Below the pieces are notes generated by a model. The model saw only the letters and a program-made list of their open reading frames with translations, had not been told where the DNA came from and did not search any database. Positions 36,331 to 44,369 of a DNA stretch of 64,000 nt are shown one piece after another. The first letter of the stretch is position 1. The number at the start of each line of letters is the position of its first letter. The DNA is from an uncultured Oscillospiraceae bacterium (lineage in GTDB: Bacteria; Bacillota; Clostridia; Oscillospirales; Oscillospiraceae), in the NCBI GenBank assembly GCA_910588365.1, contig CAJUQS010000087.1:39-64038 (forward strand), given 5' to 3'. A program made the translations under genes and the position numbers.

Positions 36331-36390
36331 GCCAAACGCAGTTTGGCGCAAAAAGTTTCTTTTGATTCTTTTCTTTTCAAAGAAAAGAAT
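36331..36390 (+). repeat. Family-1 bipartite hairpin repeat, copy G
   Basis: Short hairpin GCCAAACGCAGTTTGGC (36331-36347) + GCAAAAAGTTTCTTTTG + long hairpin (36365-36390). Inverted relative to copy F. Confidence 0.9.
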
Positions 36391-36396
36391 GGACAC

Positions 36397-37263
36397 CTAA
36401 ATGATTGTCCCGTTGTCATCGCTGACCGCCTTGGCCCGGCGGAAGTACTGGCACAGCAGGCCCAGGACCGCCGCCAGCAGGACGGTGAAAAAGGGGAACG
36501 ACACCGTAAAGCTGGCGGTATGCAGCACCGGGAACAGCACCATCTGCACCACGCTCTCCCCCGCGCACACCAGCACCGACGCCGCGGCCACCCAGCCGCA
36601 CCGGACTCTCACGCGCTCCGCCAGCGCCACCGTCGCCCCGGCGAAGGGGTCCGCCTCCAGGGCGGCGGCCAGCCTTCCGCCCCACCGCAGTACCGCGCAC
36701 CCCAGCAGGGAGGGCACCAGGTCCGCCGACGCCAGCAGGCACAGCGTCAGGTACGTGGGCACAAGGTCCAGCCCCGGCGCCGTGTTGGAGCTGGCTACGT
36801 TCTGCAGCTTCCCCGCCAAATCCAGCCCCTGTGCCAAAATCGCCAGAGCGCCTGCCAGCAGGGCGGCCCAGCTCAGCAGCCGCTCCACGCTCCGCCCCGA
36901 GGCGCCCCGCTCCAGTGCCCGCAGCCACCGCAGCACCGCCCAGGCCAGCAGCACCGTCCCCGTGCCGCCGGCCACCGTCAGGCCCCACAGCTTCGCCGCG
37001 GGCTCCCCCTCCAGCGGAACGCCCAGCAGGGTGGGGTTTACCAGGAAGAACAGTCCGCCGAGGATCTCTCCCCCGGCCAGTGCCAGCAGCCAGTCCCATC
37101 TGCACCTCCCCCGCCAGAGCAGGCCCAGCGCCGGTAGGGCCGCCAGCGCCAGCACAACAGCCCAGGCGGCGGCGTTCCCGCCGGGACCGGAGAGGGACAG
37201 CTCCCGCAGCCACCGGCCGAGCCGGGGCAGGGCCTCCAAAAGAACCTTTCCGCTCCCTTCCAT
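36397..37263 (-). CDS. Hypothetical polytopic membrane protein
   Basis: 288 aa, multiple Ala/Leu/Gly-rich helices. SD AAGGAGGG. No family recognised. Confidence 0.6.
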   Translation of the reverse strand: MEGSGKVLLEALPRLGRWLRELSLSGPGGNAAAWAVVLALAALPALGLLWRGRCRWDWLLALAGGEILGGLFFLVNPTLLGVPLEGEPAAKLWGLTVAGGTGTVLLAWAVLRWLRALERGASGRSVERLLSWAALLAGALAILAQGLDLAGKLQNVASSNTAPGLDLVPTYLTLCLLASADLVPSLLGCAVLRWGGRLAAALEADPFAGATVALAERVRVRCGWVAAASVLVCAGESVVQMVLFPVLHTASFTVSFPFFTVLLAAVLGLLCQYFRRAKAVSDDNGTII

Positions 37264-37279
37264 TCGATCGCCCTCCTTT

Positions 37280-37339
37280 AATTATTGTTTTACAATAATT
37301 TTATAGGGACAGCATACCACAGAAATTATCGTTTGTCAA
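37280..37339 (-). promoter_or_regulatory. Promoter plus perfect palindrome in the leader of the membrane-protein gene
   Basis: Minus strand TTGACA (37339-37334), 17-nt spacer, TGgTATGCT (37316-37311). Palindrome AATTATTGT-3 nt-ACAATAATT (37280-37300) abuts the SD. Confidence 0.5.
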
Positions 37340-37431
37340 TAATCTTTCCGGTGTACAGCTGATCTGGATCCGCTCCAGCCGGTCCAGCGCCCGGCAAAAC
37401 GCTGAAACAGCAGAGATTTTGTCCGGCGTTC

Positions 37432-37460
37432 TTGAAAAATCCGAAAAGATGTGGTAAAGT
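37432..37460 (+). promoter_or_regulatory. Putative promoter of the TSUP/VanZ genes
   Basis: TTGAAA (37432-37437), 17-nt spacer, extended -10 TGgTAAAGT (37455-37460). Leaves a leader of about 180 nt. Confidence 0.55.
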
Positions 37461-37646
37461 AGAGAAACCGTGAAGATTGCGGGACTGCGGCAAAGTTCTC
37501 CCGGAACTTGGGAGTATTTCGCAGATTCTTTACCTGTGTACGTCTTCCCGCAGTCCGTTTCGTTTTCATCCGCATAAGATGATGCAGCATCCGTTTCCCG
37601 GCCGTGGTACCGTCACGCCGCGAAACGGAAGGAGGAGGGACAGCAT

Positions 37647-38414
37647 ATGCCGGAGCTTGTCAAAACGCTGTTGTTGATCTGCCCGCTGATTTTCCTGGGC
37701 GGCTTTGTGGACAGCGTGGCCGGAGGCGGGGGGCTCATCACCCTGCCGGCCTACCTGATGGCCGGGGTGCCGGTCCACATCGCCGCCGGAACCAACAAGG
37801 TGGTCAATGGCAGCGGCTCTTTCATCGCGTCGATCAAATACTTCCGCAGCGGGAAAATCCGTATGCGGCCCGCCCTGTGGGCGGCGGCCGGAGCCCTGGC
37901 GGGCGCCAGCTTCGGCGCACGGATCGCCATCCATCTCAGCGAGCGGGCCCTCCAAGGGCTGATGCTGGTGGCACTGCCGGTGGTGGCGGTCTTTCTGGTG
38001 ACGAAAAAGGAGTTCGGGCAGGAGGGCGGCGGCCGGACCTGCTCCAGCCGCTATGAGCGGTGGGTGAGCCTGGGCATCGGCGTCGCCGTGGGGTGCTACG
38101 ACGGCATCGTCGGTCCGGGCACCGGCACGCTGCTGATCATGGCCTTCACCGCCCTGCTGTATATGGACATGGTCACCGCCTCCGGCTGCGCCAAGGTGGG
38201 AAACGTGGCCTCCAACGTGGCGGCGGCCATCACCTTCGTGCTGGGCGGGAAGGTGATGTGGGCCGTTGTGGTGCCGGCGGCGGCGTGCAGCATCCTGGGC
38301 AACTACTGCGGCGCCCAATACGCCATCCGCGGCGGCGGGAAGCGCATCCGGGGCATGATCTTCGTGGTGCTGGGGCTGATGTTCCTGAAGATGCTGGCCG
38401 ACTCGCTTACCTGA
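37647..38414 (+). CDS. TauE/SafE (TSUP) family anion exporter
   Basis: 255 aa, internally duplicated 4-TM pattern, VAGGGGLITLPA motif. Confidence 0.85.
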   Translation: MPELVKTLLLICPLIFLGGFVDSVAGGGGLITLPAYLMAGVPVHIAAGTNKVVNGSGSFIASIKYFRSGKIRMRPALWAAAGALAGASFGARIAIHLSERALQGLMLVALPVVAVFLVTKKEFGQEGGGRTCSSRYERWVSLGIGVAVGCYDGIVGPGTGTLLIMAFTALLYMDMVTASGCAKVGNVASNVAAAITFVLGGKVMWAVVVPAAACSILGNYCGAQYAIRGGGKRIRGMIFVVLGLMFLKMLADSLT

Positions 38415-38433
38415 GCGCGAAGGAAGTGGCGGT

Positions 38434-38958
38434 ATGAAGTACCTGATAAAATATTTCATAGATTTTACAGTGTTGGTTCTCCTGTATGCCTTCGTCTTTT
38501 TTAAGCGGTGGAGGACCCGGGGCAGAGACAGACTGCTTGTCAACACCCTCCTGTACACATACCTCTCTCTGGTGCTCTATTTTACCATGATGCCGGTGGT
38601 CGTATCCATCCCGTTCATGCTGGACCACCCCTATAAGCCCATGAATCTGGTACCGTTTATCGATGTTTCTTTGGGGCGAGGTGACTTTTTGAGGCAGGTG
38701 CTTTTGAACGTCATCATGACCATGCCCTTCGGGTTCCTGTTTCCACTGACCCGGGACAAAAGGGCCAAATTCGGCGAGACGGTGTTTTTCTGCTTTTTGA
38801 TGAGCCTGGGCATCGAACTGTTTCAGCCCTTCTTCGACCGCTCCTCGGACATCACGGATCTGATTACGAATGTGATCGGCGGAGCGCTGGGCTATGGCCT
38901 TTATGCTGTTTTTAAGCCGGTCGCCTTTTGGGTTCTGGACCGCTTGAAAGCCAGATGA
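38434..38958 (+). CDS. VanZ family protein
   Basis: NLVPFIDV...LLNVIMTMPFGFLFP...ELFQ...DITDLITNVIGGALGY. Confidence 0.85.
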   Translation: MKYLIKYFIDFTVLVLLYAFVFFKRWRTRGRDRLLVNTLLYTYLSLVLYFTMMPVVVSIPFMLDHPYKPMNLVPFIDVSLGRGDFLRQVLLNVIMTMPFGFLFPLTRDKRAKFGETVFFCFLMSLGIELFQPFFDRSSDITDLITNVIGGALGYGLYAVFKPVAFWVLDRLKAR

Positions 38959-39037
38959 CAGGTTGCTGCGGTAAATCCAGATTTGTCAGGGGGGGATTTC
39001 ATCCTTTTACGAACAAACCAACAAGCGGCAGGAACAT

Positions 39038-39077
39038 AAGCGCCCCGGTGACTATTATGGTCGCCGGGGCGCTTTTT
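39038..39077 (+). terminator. Rho-independent terminator after the vanZ-like gene
   Basis: AAGCGCCCCGG...CCGGGGCGCTT stem followed by TTTTTT. Confidence 0.75.
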
Positions 39078-39162
39078 TGCTTCTCCGCACATCAATCACC
39101 ATGCCGTCAAACTTGAATCTGGAGTACTACTACGTAATCGTAACCCCTCCCAACGTCTTGCG

Positions 39163-39990
39163 TCAGAGAAAGCAGAGAGAGAATACAATCGAGTCCAATA
39201 AAGTGCCATGTACTCTCGAATAGTATTGCTTCCGCAGGTAAAGACAGGACAGCAAAGGATGGAGGAAGAAACTGGAAACAGCAGAGGGATGATGCTGTAA
39301 TCTGCGCATAGGTGATTCCGAATTATTCCGGCACTTTCTCCACAATTGTCTTTCGGACATTCTCTTGCTCTTCCGGGGGGCAGAACCATATTCGTCGTGT
39401 ATATGATTTTCCGAATCTCGGTGGGATATGCGAAAAAGGTGCTCAGAATATCCCAGTTTTCCTCCCAGCTTTTGACGCAGGAGGGGTACTGCTTGCCCCA
39501 CTTTTCTTTGAATGCCATCAGGTTTTCCAGAGCCTCATTCTCGGTGACAGCGGTATAGACCTTCTTCAAATCCGCCATCAGCGGCTTGATGTCTTTATAG
39601 CTGACAAAGCGGGTGGAGGAGCGGATCTGATGGACGATGCACCGTTGTACCTGGCTGCGGGGATAGACTGCCCCAATAGCTTCCACGAAGCCCTTCAAAC
39701 CGTCCACACAGAACAGATAAACATCTAAAACTCTCCTGCTTTTGAGATCGTTCAGCACATTCAGCCAGAATTTGCTGCTCTCGTGCTCCCCGATCCAGAC
39801 GCCCAGGATGTCCTTTGTGCCGTCCATGGTGATGCCCAAAACCACATAGGCCGCCTTGGTTTGGTATTGATGGTTTTCCTTCACCTTGTAGTGGATGGCG
39901 TCCAGAAATACGAACGGATACACCGTTTCCAGCGGCCGGTTCTGCCACGCCGTCACCTCCGGCATGATCTTCTCACTGATATGGACAAGA
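39163..39990 (-). pseudogene. IS256 family transposase remnant (5' truncated, 3' decayed)
   Basis: ISEKIMPEVTAWQNRPLETVYPFVFLDAIHYKV...CVDGLKGF...IVHQIRSS...IIYTTN matches the IS256 DDE core. Homology starts after an in-frame stop near 39995 and is lost after 39387. A weak out-of-frame RQLxRKxxNxS trace follows. Confidence 0.8.
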
Positions 39991-40130
39991 CCACAAAATC
40001 AAATTGCGAAACGGACTGCTGACAATTTACACTTATTTCGCAGAATAGTTACAAAAAGAGGCGGGGAAACCACATTGATCTGTGATTTCCTTGCCCCTTT
40101 TTTCTTTTTTGCTTGCCTGAAAATTAGCCG

Positions 40131-40655
40131 CTAAAATCGCTTTTTCAATTCTGCAATCCAAGTTTCAATCGTTTCAGCCAAGACAAACTGCTGACGCAAA
40201 ACCGCCATACCGATTTCGGGAACCTCTGGCGCATTTTCTTTTTCCCGGAGATTTTCTTCCAGATAAGATTTCAAGTCCTGCACATTTTTTTCAATATTGG
40301 CAACGCAGGATTTTTGCATTTTCAAAGGTACACTGTCCAAATTTACAATCACAGCATTGAAGTCCAGAAACATACGGATAGGCTGGGCGGAAAGTTCTCC
40401 CATGAGCCGTTCAAATTCCTGTTCACCGCCGGCTGTCAGCGAGTAGACAGCTTTTTCCGGCATATTGTTTTCTCGCACAGTGACACTTTGGAGCAGCCCC
40501 TTTTCCTCTAACTGAATGACCTTTTTATAGATAGACGGTGTACTGATTTTTACCCATTTTGAAATATTGCGGTATTCCACCAGCTTTTGAATGTCGTAGG
40601 CACTCAGCGGCTGCTTTTTGAGCATCCCAAGGACAATCAAATCTATTGTTGCCAT
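40131..40655 (-). CDS. PadR family transcriptional regulator (with C-terminal extension)
   Basis: IDLIVLGMLKKQPLSAYDIQKLVE...SIYKKVIQLEEKGLL. ATG 40655 after AGGAGA. Confidence 0.85.
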   Translation of the reverse strand: MATIDLIVLGMLKKQPLSAYDIQKLVEYRNISKWVKISTPSIYKKVIQLEEKGLLQSVTVRENNMPEKAVYSLTAGGEQEFERLMGELSAQPIRMFLDFNAVIVNLDSVPLKMQKSCVANIEKNVQDLKSYLEENLREKENAPEVPEIGMAVLRQQFVLAETIETWIAELKKRF

Positions 40656-40681
40656 GCAGAGTTCTCCTTTCGCACTTGACA

Positions 40682-40735
40682 ACTACTATAATTTATAGTA
40701 GTATGTGTTGACTGGCAGATACTATAAAATATACT
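40682..40735. promoter_or_regulatory. PadR operator candidate and divergent promoter region
   Basis: Perfect 10+10 palindrome ACTACTATAA-T-TTATAGTAGT (40682-40702). TTGACT (40708-40713), 16-nt spacer, TATACT (40730-40735) point toward the MATE gene. Confidence 0.55.
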
Positions 40736-40775
40736 ACTTCACATGACTCTGGCTGTCAAGAGAAAGGAGCAAGTT

Positions 40776-42152
40776 ATGGACGGAAACAAAAAGATGGCGC
40801 TTTTGGGGAGCGCGCCCATTCCCAAAGCTCTCCTGGCACTGGGCATCCCAACAATGATTGGTATGCTCATTAACGCGCTCTACAACCTGGTAGATACCTA
40901 CTTTGTGGGTGGGCTGGGAACCGATCAGATGGGGGCCGTTACAGTGGCCTTCCCTCTGGGGCAGATCGTTGTAGGGCTGGGCCTGTTGTTTGGGAACGGT
41001 GCTGCCGCCTATCTGTCCAGGCTGTTAGGCCGTGGCGACAAAGACACGGCGAACAAGGTAGCGAGTACAGCCATATACAGCGGCGTTTCGATTGGGGCAA
41101 TCGTGATCTTATTCTCTATCATCTTCCTGGAACCGATTTTGAAACAGGCCGGAGCAATCGAAAGCGTTATACCCTATGCAGTCACCTACAGCCGCATCTA
41201 TATCGTGTTCTCTATTTTCAACGTGTTCAATGTCACCATGAACAACATCGTTTCCAGTGAAGGCGCGGCAAAAACGGCTATGTGTGCGCTGATGGCTGGC
41301 GCGGTACTGAATGTAATTTTAGACCCTGTTTTCATCTATGCGCTGAACCTCGGCGTAGCTGGTGCGGCGATTGCAACGGCAATTTCTCAAATCATCTCCA
41401 CATTGGTTTATTTGTGCTACATTCTTCGGAAAAAGAGCGTGTTCAATTTCAGCATCAAAGAGTGCTGTTTTGCAAAAGAAATTATGTCCGAAATTTTGAA
41501 AATTGGTATTCCTACACTGATATTTCAACTTCTGACCAGCCTTTCCATTGGCATGATAAACAGTGCGGCAAAAGAATATGGAGGCTCCGCCCTGGCCGCT
41601 ATGGGGCCGGTTACAAAAATCATGTCAATGGGGACGCTGATTGTTTTTGGTTTTCTGAAAGGATTTCAGCCTATCGCTGGATTTAGCTATGGAGCGAAAA
41701 AGTTTGACCGACTGCGGGAGGCAATTAGAATCGCTGTCCTTTGGTCTACCATTTTTTGCGTGATTTTTGGTTTTATTGCTGCCGTATTCTCTACGCAAAT
41801 AGTGTCCCTGTTCACAAAGGAAGATGCAGAGATGGTTCGTATCGGTTCGATTGCTCTACGGGGAAATGGACTTTCTTTTGTCCTCTTTGGCTTTTACACA
41901 GTGTACTCCTTCCTGTTCCTTGTGATGGGGAAAGCCGCAGAGGGCTGTGTCCTGGGCGCTTGCCGCCAGGGAATTTGCTTTGTCCCCGTCATTTTGATAC
42001 TTCCGTTGGTTTTGGGATTGAGTGGTGTTCTCTACGCACAGCCGATTGCAGATGTCATTTCGGCTATTGTCACAGCACTTATGGCGGTTCGGCTGCACAG
42101 AGAATTGCGGACAGCGGAAAATCATATTTCCACTCTACCCCAGGAACATTGA
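40776..42152 (+). CDS. MATE family efflux transporter
   Basis: LALGIPTMIGMLINALYNLVDTYFVG... 12-TM type. ATG 40776 lies 6 nt after AAGGAG. Confidence 0.9.
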   Translation: MDGNKKMALLGSAPIPKALLALGIPTMIGMLINALYNLVDTYFVGGLGTDQMGAVTVAFPLGQIVVGLGLLFGNGAAAYLSRLLGRGDKDTANKVASTAIYSGVSIGAIVILFSIIFLEPILKQAGAIESVIPYAVTYSRIYIVFSIFNVFNVTMNNIVSSEGAAKTAMCALMAGAVLNVILDPVFIYALNLGVAGAAIATAISQIISTLVYLCYILRKKSVFNFSIKECCFAKEIMSEILKIGIPTLIFQLLTSLSIGMINSAAKEYGGSALAAMGPVTKIMSMGTLIVFGFLKGFQPIAGFSYGAKKFDRLREAIRIAVLWSTIFCVIFGFIAAVFSTQIVSLFTKEDAEMVRIGSIALRGNGLSFVLFGFYTVYSFLFLVMGKAAEGCVLGACRQGICFVPVILILPLVLGLSGVLYAQPIADVISAIVTALMAVRLHRELRTAENHISTLPQEH

Positions 42153-42170
42153 TGAAGTAAGGTGGTGTGA

Positions 42171-42368
42171 ATGAACGCAACGCAAAATACTTCTCACTGG
42201 ATATGCTGTCCTGCCTGTAGCGGAAAGACCCGAATAAAAGTATACGAAGATACGGTGCTTGAAAGGTTTCCGCTATATTGCCCCAAGTGCAAGCAAGAAA
42301 TGCTAATCAGTGTCCGACAACTGAATACGTCCATCATAGAGCCAGACGCTCAGACGCAGAGCCGATAA
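42171..42368 (+). CDS. Cysteine-rich KTR zinc-ribbon protein
   Basis: CPACSGKTRIKV...FPLYCPKCKQE, two CxxC pairs. 65 aa. Confidence 0.75.
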   Translation: MNATQNTSHWICCPACSGKTRIKVYEDTVLERFPLYCPKCKQEMLISVRQLNTSIIEPDAQTQSR

Positions 42369-42434
42369 CATATGGGAACCTTCCCCATGGTTATCGGCTT
42401 TGCATTTGAAAAGTCGTGGCTATGTCTGATAAAG

Positions 42435-42471
42435 AGCGGCGGCTTTGAGAAATCAGAGCCGCCGCTTTTTT
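42435..42471 (+). terminator. Rho-independent terminator
   Basis: AGCGGCGGCT..AGCCGCCGCT stem followed by TTTTTT. Confidence 0.75.
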
Positions 42472-42737
42472 CCGTTTTGGCGGCAATTAGGAGGATGCCG
42501 CCATGCGATTGCAGATAGATAGGCACTTGTCAAAAAAAGCCTGACCCTCACAGCAGCATCCCCCACCCAAGTTTGCGAAAATAGTCGTTTTCTGACATCC
42601 CATAATGTTGTATCCAGCGCCCGAATAGCCTTGTGCTGTTCGGGCGCTTTTGATTTTCCTGCGGGCCGTTCTATCTGGTCCCGATGCCGCAGCCCGCCTC
42701 TCCTGTTCAGATTTCGTGATGTGGTACAAAATACAAC

Positions 42738-43533
42738 ATGAGCGTTTACCGGGAGGGCTCAGGTGATACAACGCTGGTCTTCCTGTCAGGCGGCGGAACC
42801 TGTTCTCCGATATTGGATTTCAAATCGCTCTATTCCCGCTTAAGCGATGAATTCAGCATTGCTGTCGTGGAAAAATTCGGATATGGCTTCAGCGATATTA
42901 TTGGCAGGAAAAGGGATATTGACTCCATCCTCGAGGATACGCGCTCCGCACTTGCGGCGGCGGGAGCAACCGCGCCGTATGTCCTCTGCCCGCACTCAAT
43001 GTCGGGGCTGGAAGCTCTGTACTGGGCAAATAAATACCCCGACGAGGTGTCCGCAATTGTTGGGCTCGATATGGCCGTTTCGGAATACTATGACAGCATG
43101 GACATCAATATCCCGCTGATGAGAGCTGCGGACTGGGCGGCAAATATCGGCGTCACCCGTCTGATTCCAGGGATTTCAGACAGCGACGCTATCAGGCACG
43201 GCACATTATCGGAGAGAGAAAAAGGATCTCTACAGAGCGGTTTTCTATCGCCGGACGGCAACTGCGAACATGATAAACGAGACCGAAGCGGTGAAAGAAA
43301 ATGCCAGGACAGTGGACAGTATGGGCGTGCCGCAGCTCCCGATGCTGCTATTCCTTTCAAACGGTTCCGGCGGAACGGGCTTCGACACGGAAGCACGGCG
43401 TGAAATTCCCATCAGTTATCTTTCCCAAGTCCACGATGGAATTTACGTGGAACTGGATCGCCCGCATTATGTTCACAATTACGAGTACGAAGCAATTTCC
43501 GAAACCATGAGAGAATTTTTGTCAAACCAGTGA
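42738..43533 (+). pseudogene. Alpha/beta hydrolase, frameshifted
   Basis: N-part frame (LVFLSGGG..., nucleophile elbow PHSMSG) ends in nonsense. The C-part continues in the +1 frame (KDLYRAVFYRRTATANMINE...PHYVHNYEY). The switch is at the A5 run 43219-43223. Confidence 0.75.
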
Positions 43534-43676
43534 CAACGTACCGGGCCGCTGGATCCCGCCTTGCAATCTCCGCCAATTTGCTGTAAAATATCTCCAAGGC
43601 GCGGCGCCTCCGCGAAATCTTCGGGAGCCCGCGCGGATACCGGAGCCGGCTTTTTTGAGAAAGAGAGGAAGCGAAC

Positions 43677-44279
43677 ATGCCCATTCAACTGAAAATCGTG
43701 TCGGATTTTGTCTGTCCCTACTGCTATGTTCTGGAGACAATGATCGACCAGCTGCGCCCCGAGCTGGATATCGCCATTGAGTACCTCCCCTTTGAGCTGA
43801 CCGAGCCGCCGAAGCCCCAGGTGGACACCTACAACGACCCGGAGCGCCGCTCGCGCTACGCCCAGGAACTGGAGCCCCTCTGCCGCCGGATTGGGCTGAA
43901 GATGTGCCTGCCGCCCAACGTAGTGCCCCGCCCCTATACCCGTCTGGCCTTTCAGGGGTTTTACACGGCCAGGGAGCAGGGCCTGGAGGAGGCCTACTGC
44001 CGCCGCGTCTTCCGCGCCTACTTTGAGGAGGAGCGGGACATCGGGGATCCGGAGGTGCTGGTATCCCTTGCCGCCGAGGCCGGAGTGGATCCCGCGGAAT
44101 TCCGCTCAGCCCTGGAGCGGGGGCAGTGGGCGGAGGAGGAGCAGGAGGCCGTCCGCCACGCGAAGCAGGATCTGGATGTACACGTAGTTCCCACGGCGTT
44201 CCTCGGAGAGCACCGCCTGGAGGGCGGCGCCCAGTCCGTCCAGGAGCTCAGAGAATGGCTGCTGGCCCACAGCGCGTAA
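43677..44279 (+). CDS. DsbA/FrnE family thiol oxidoreductase
   Basis: CPYC active site in IVSDFVCPYCY. 200 aa. Confidence 0.85.
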   Translation: MPIQLKIVSDFVCPYCYVLETMIDQLRPELDIAIEYLPFELTEPPKPQVDTYNDPERRSRYAQELEPLCRRIGLKMCLPPNVVPRPYTRLAFQGFYTAREQGLEEAYCRRVFRAYFEEERDIGDPEVLVSLAAEAGVDPAEFRSALERGQWAEEEQEAVRHAKQDLDVHVVPTAFLGEHRLEGGAQSVQELREWLLAHSA

Positions 44280-44299
44280 GGACCGTACCCGCAAGCGCA

Positions 44300-44337
44300 G
44301 GGAGAGCCCGTCTGCCATCTGGCAGACGGGCTCTCCC
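44300..44337. terminator. Long perfect hairpin between convergent genes
   Basis: 18-bp stem GGGAGAGCCCGTCTGCCA / TGGCAGACGGGCTCTCCC with a 2-nt loop. Confidence 0.55.
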
Positions 44338-44369
44338 TTGTCCTTGATGATTGTACGAAGCCCAGCCGG

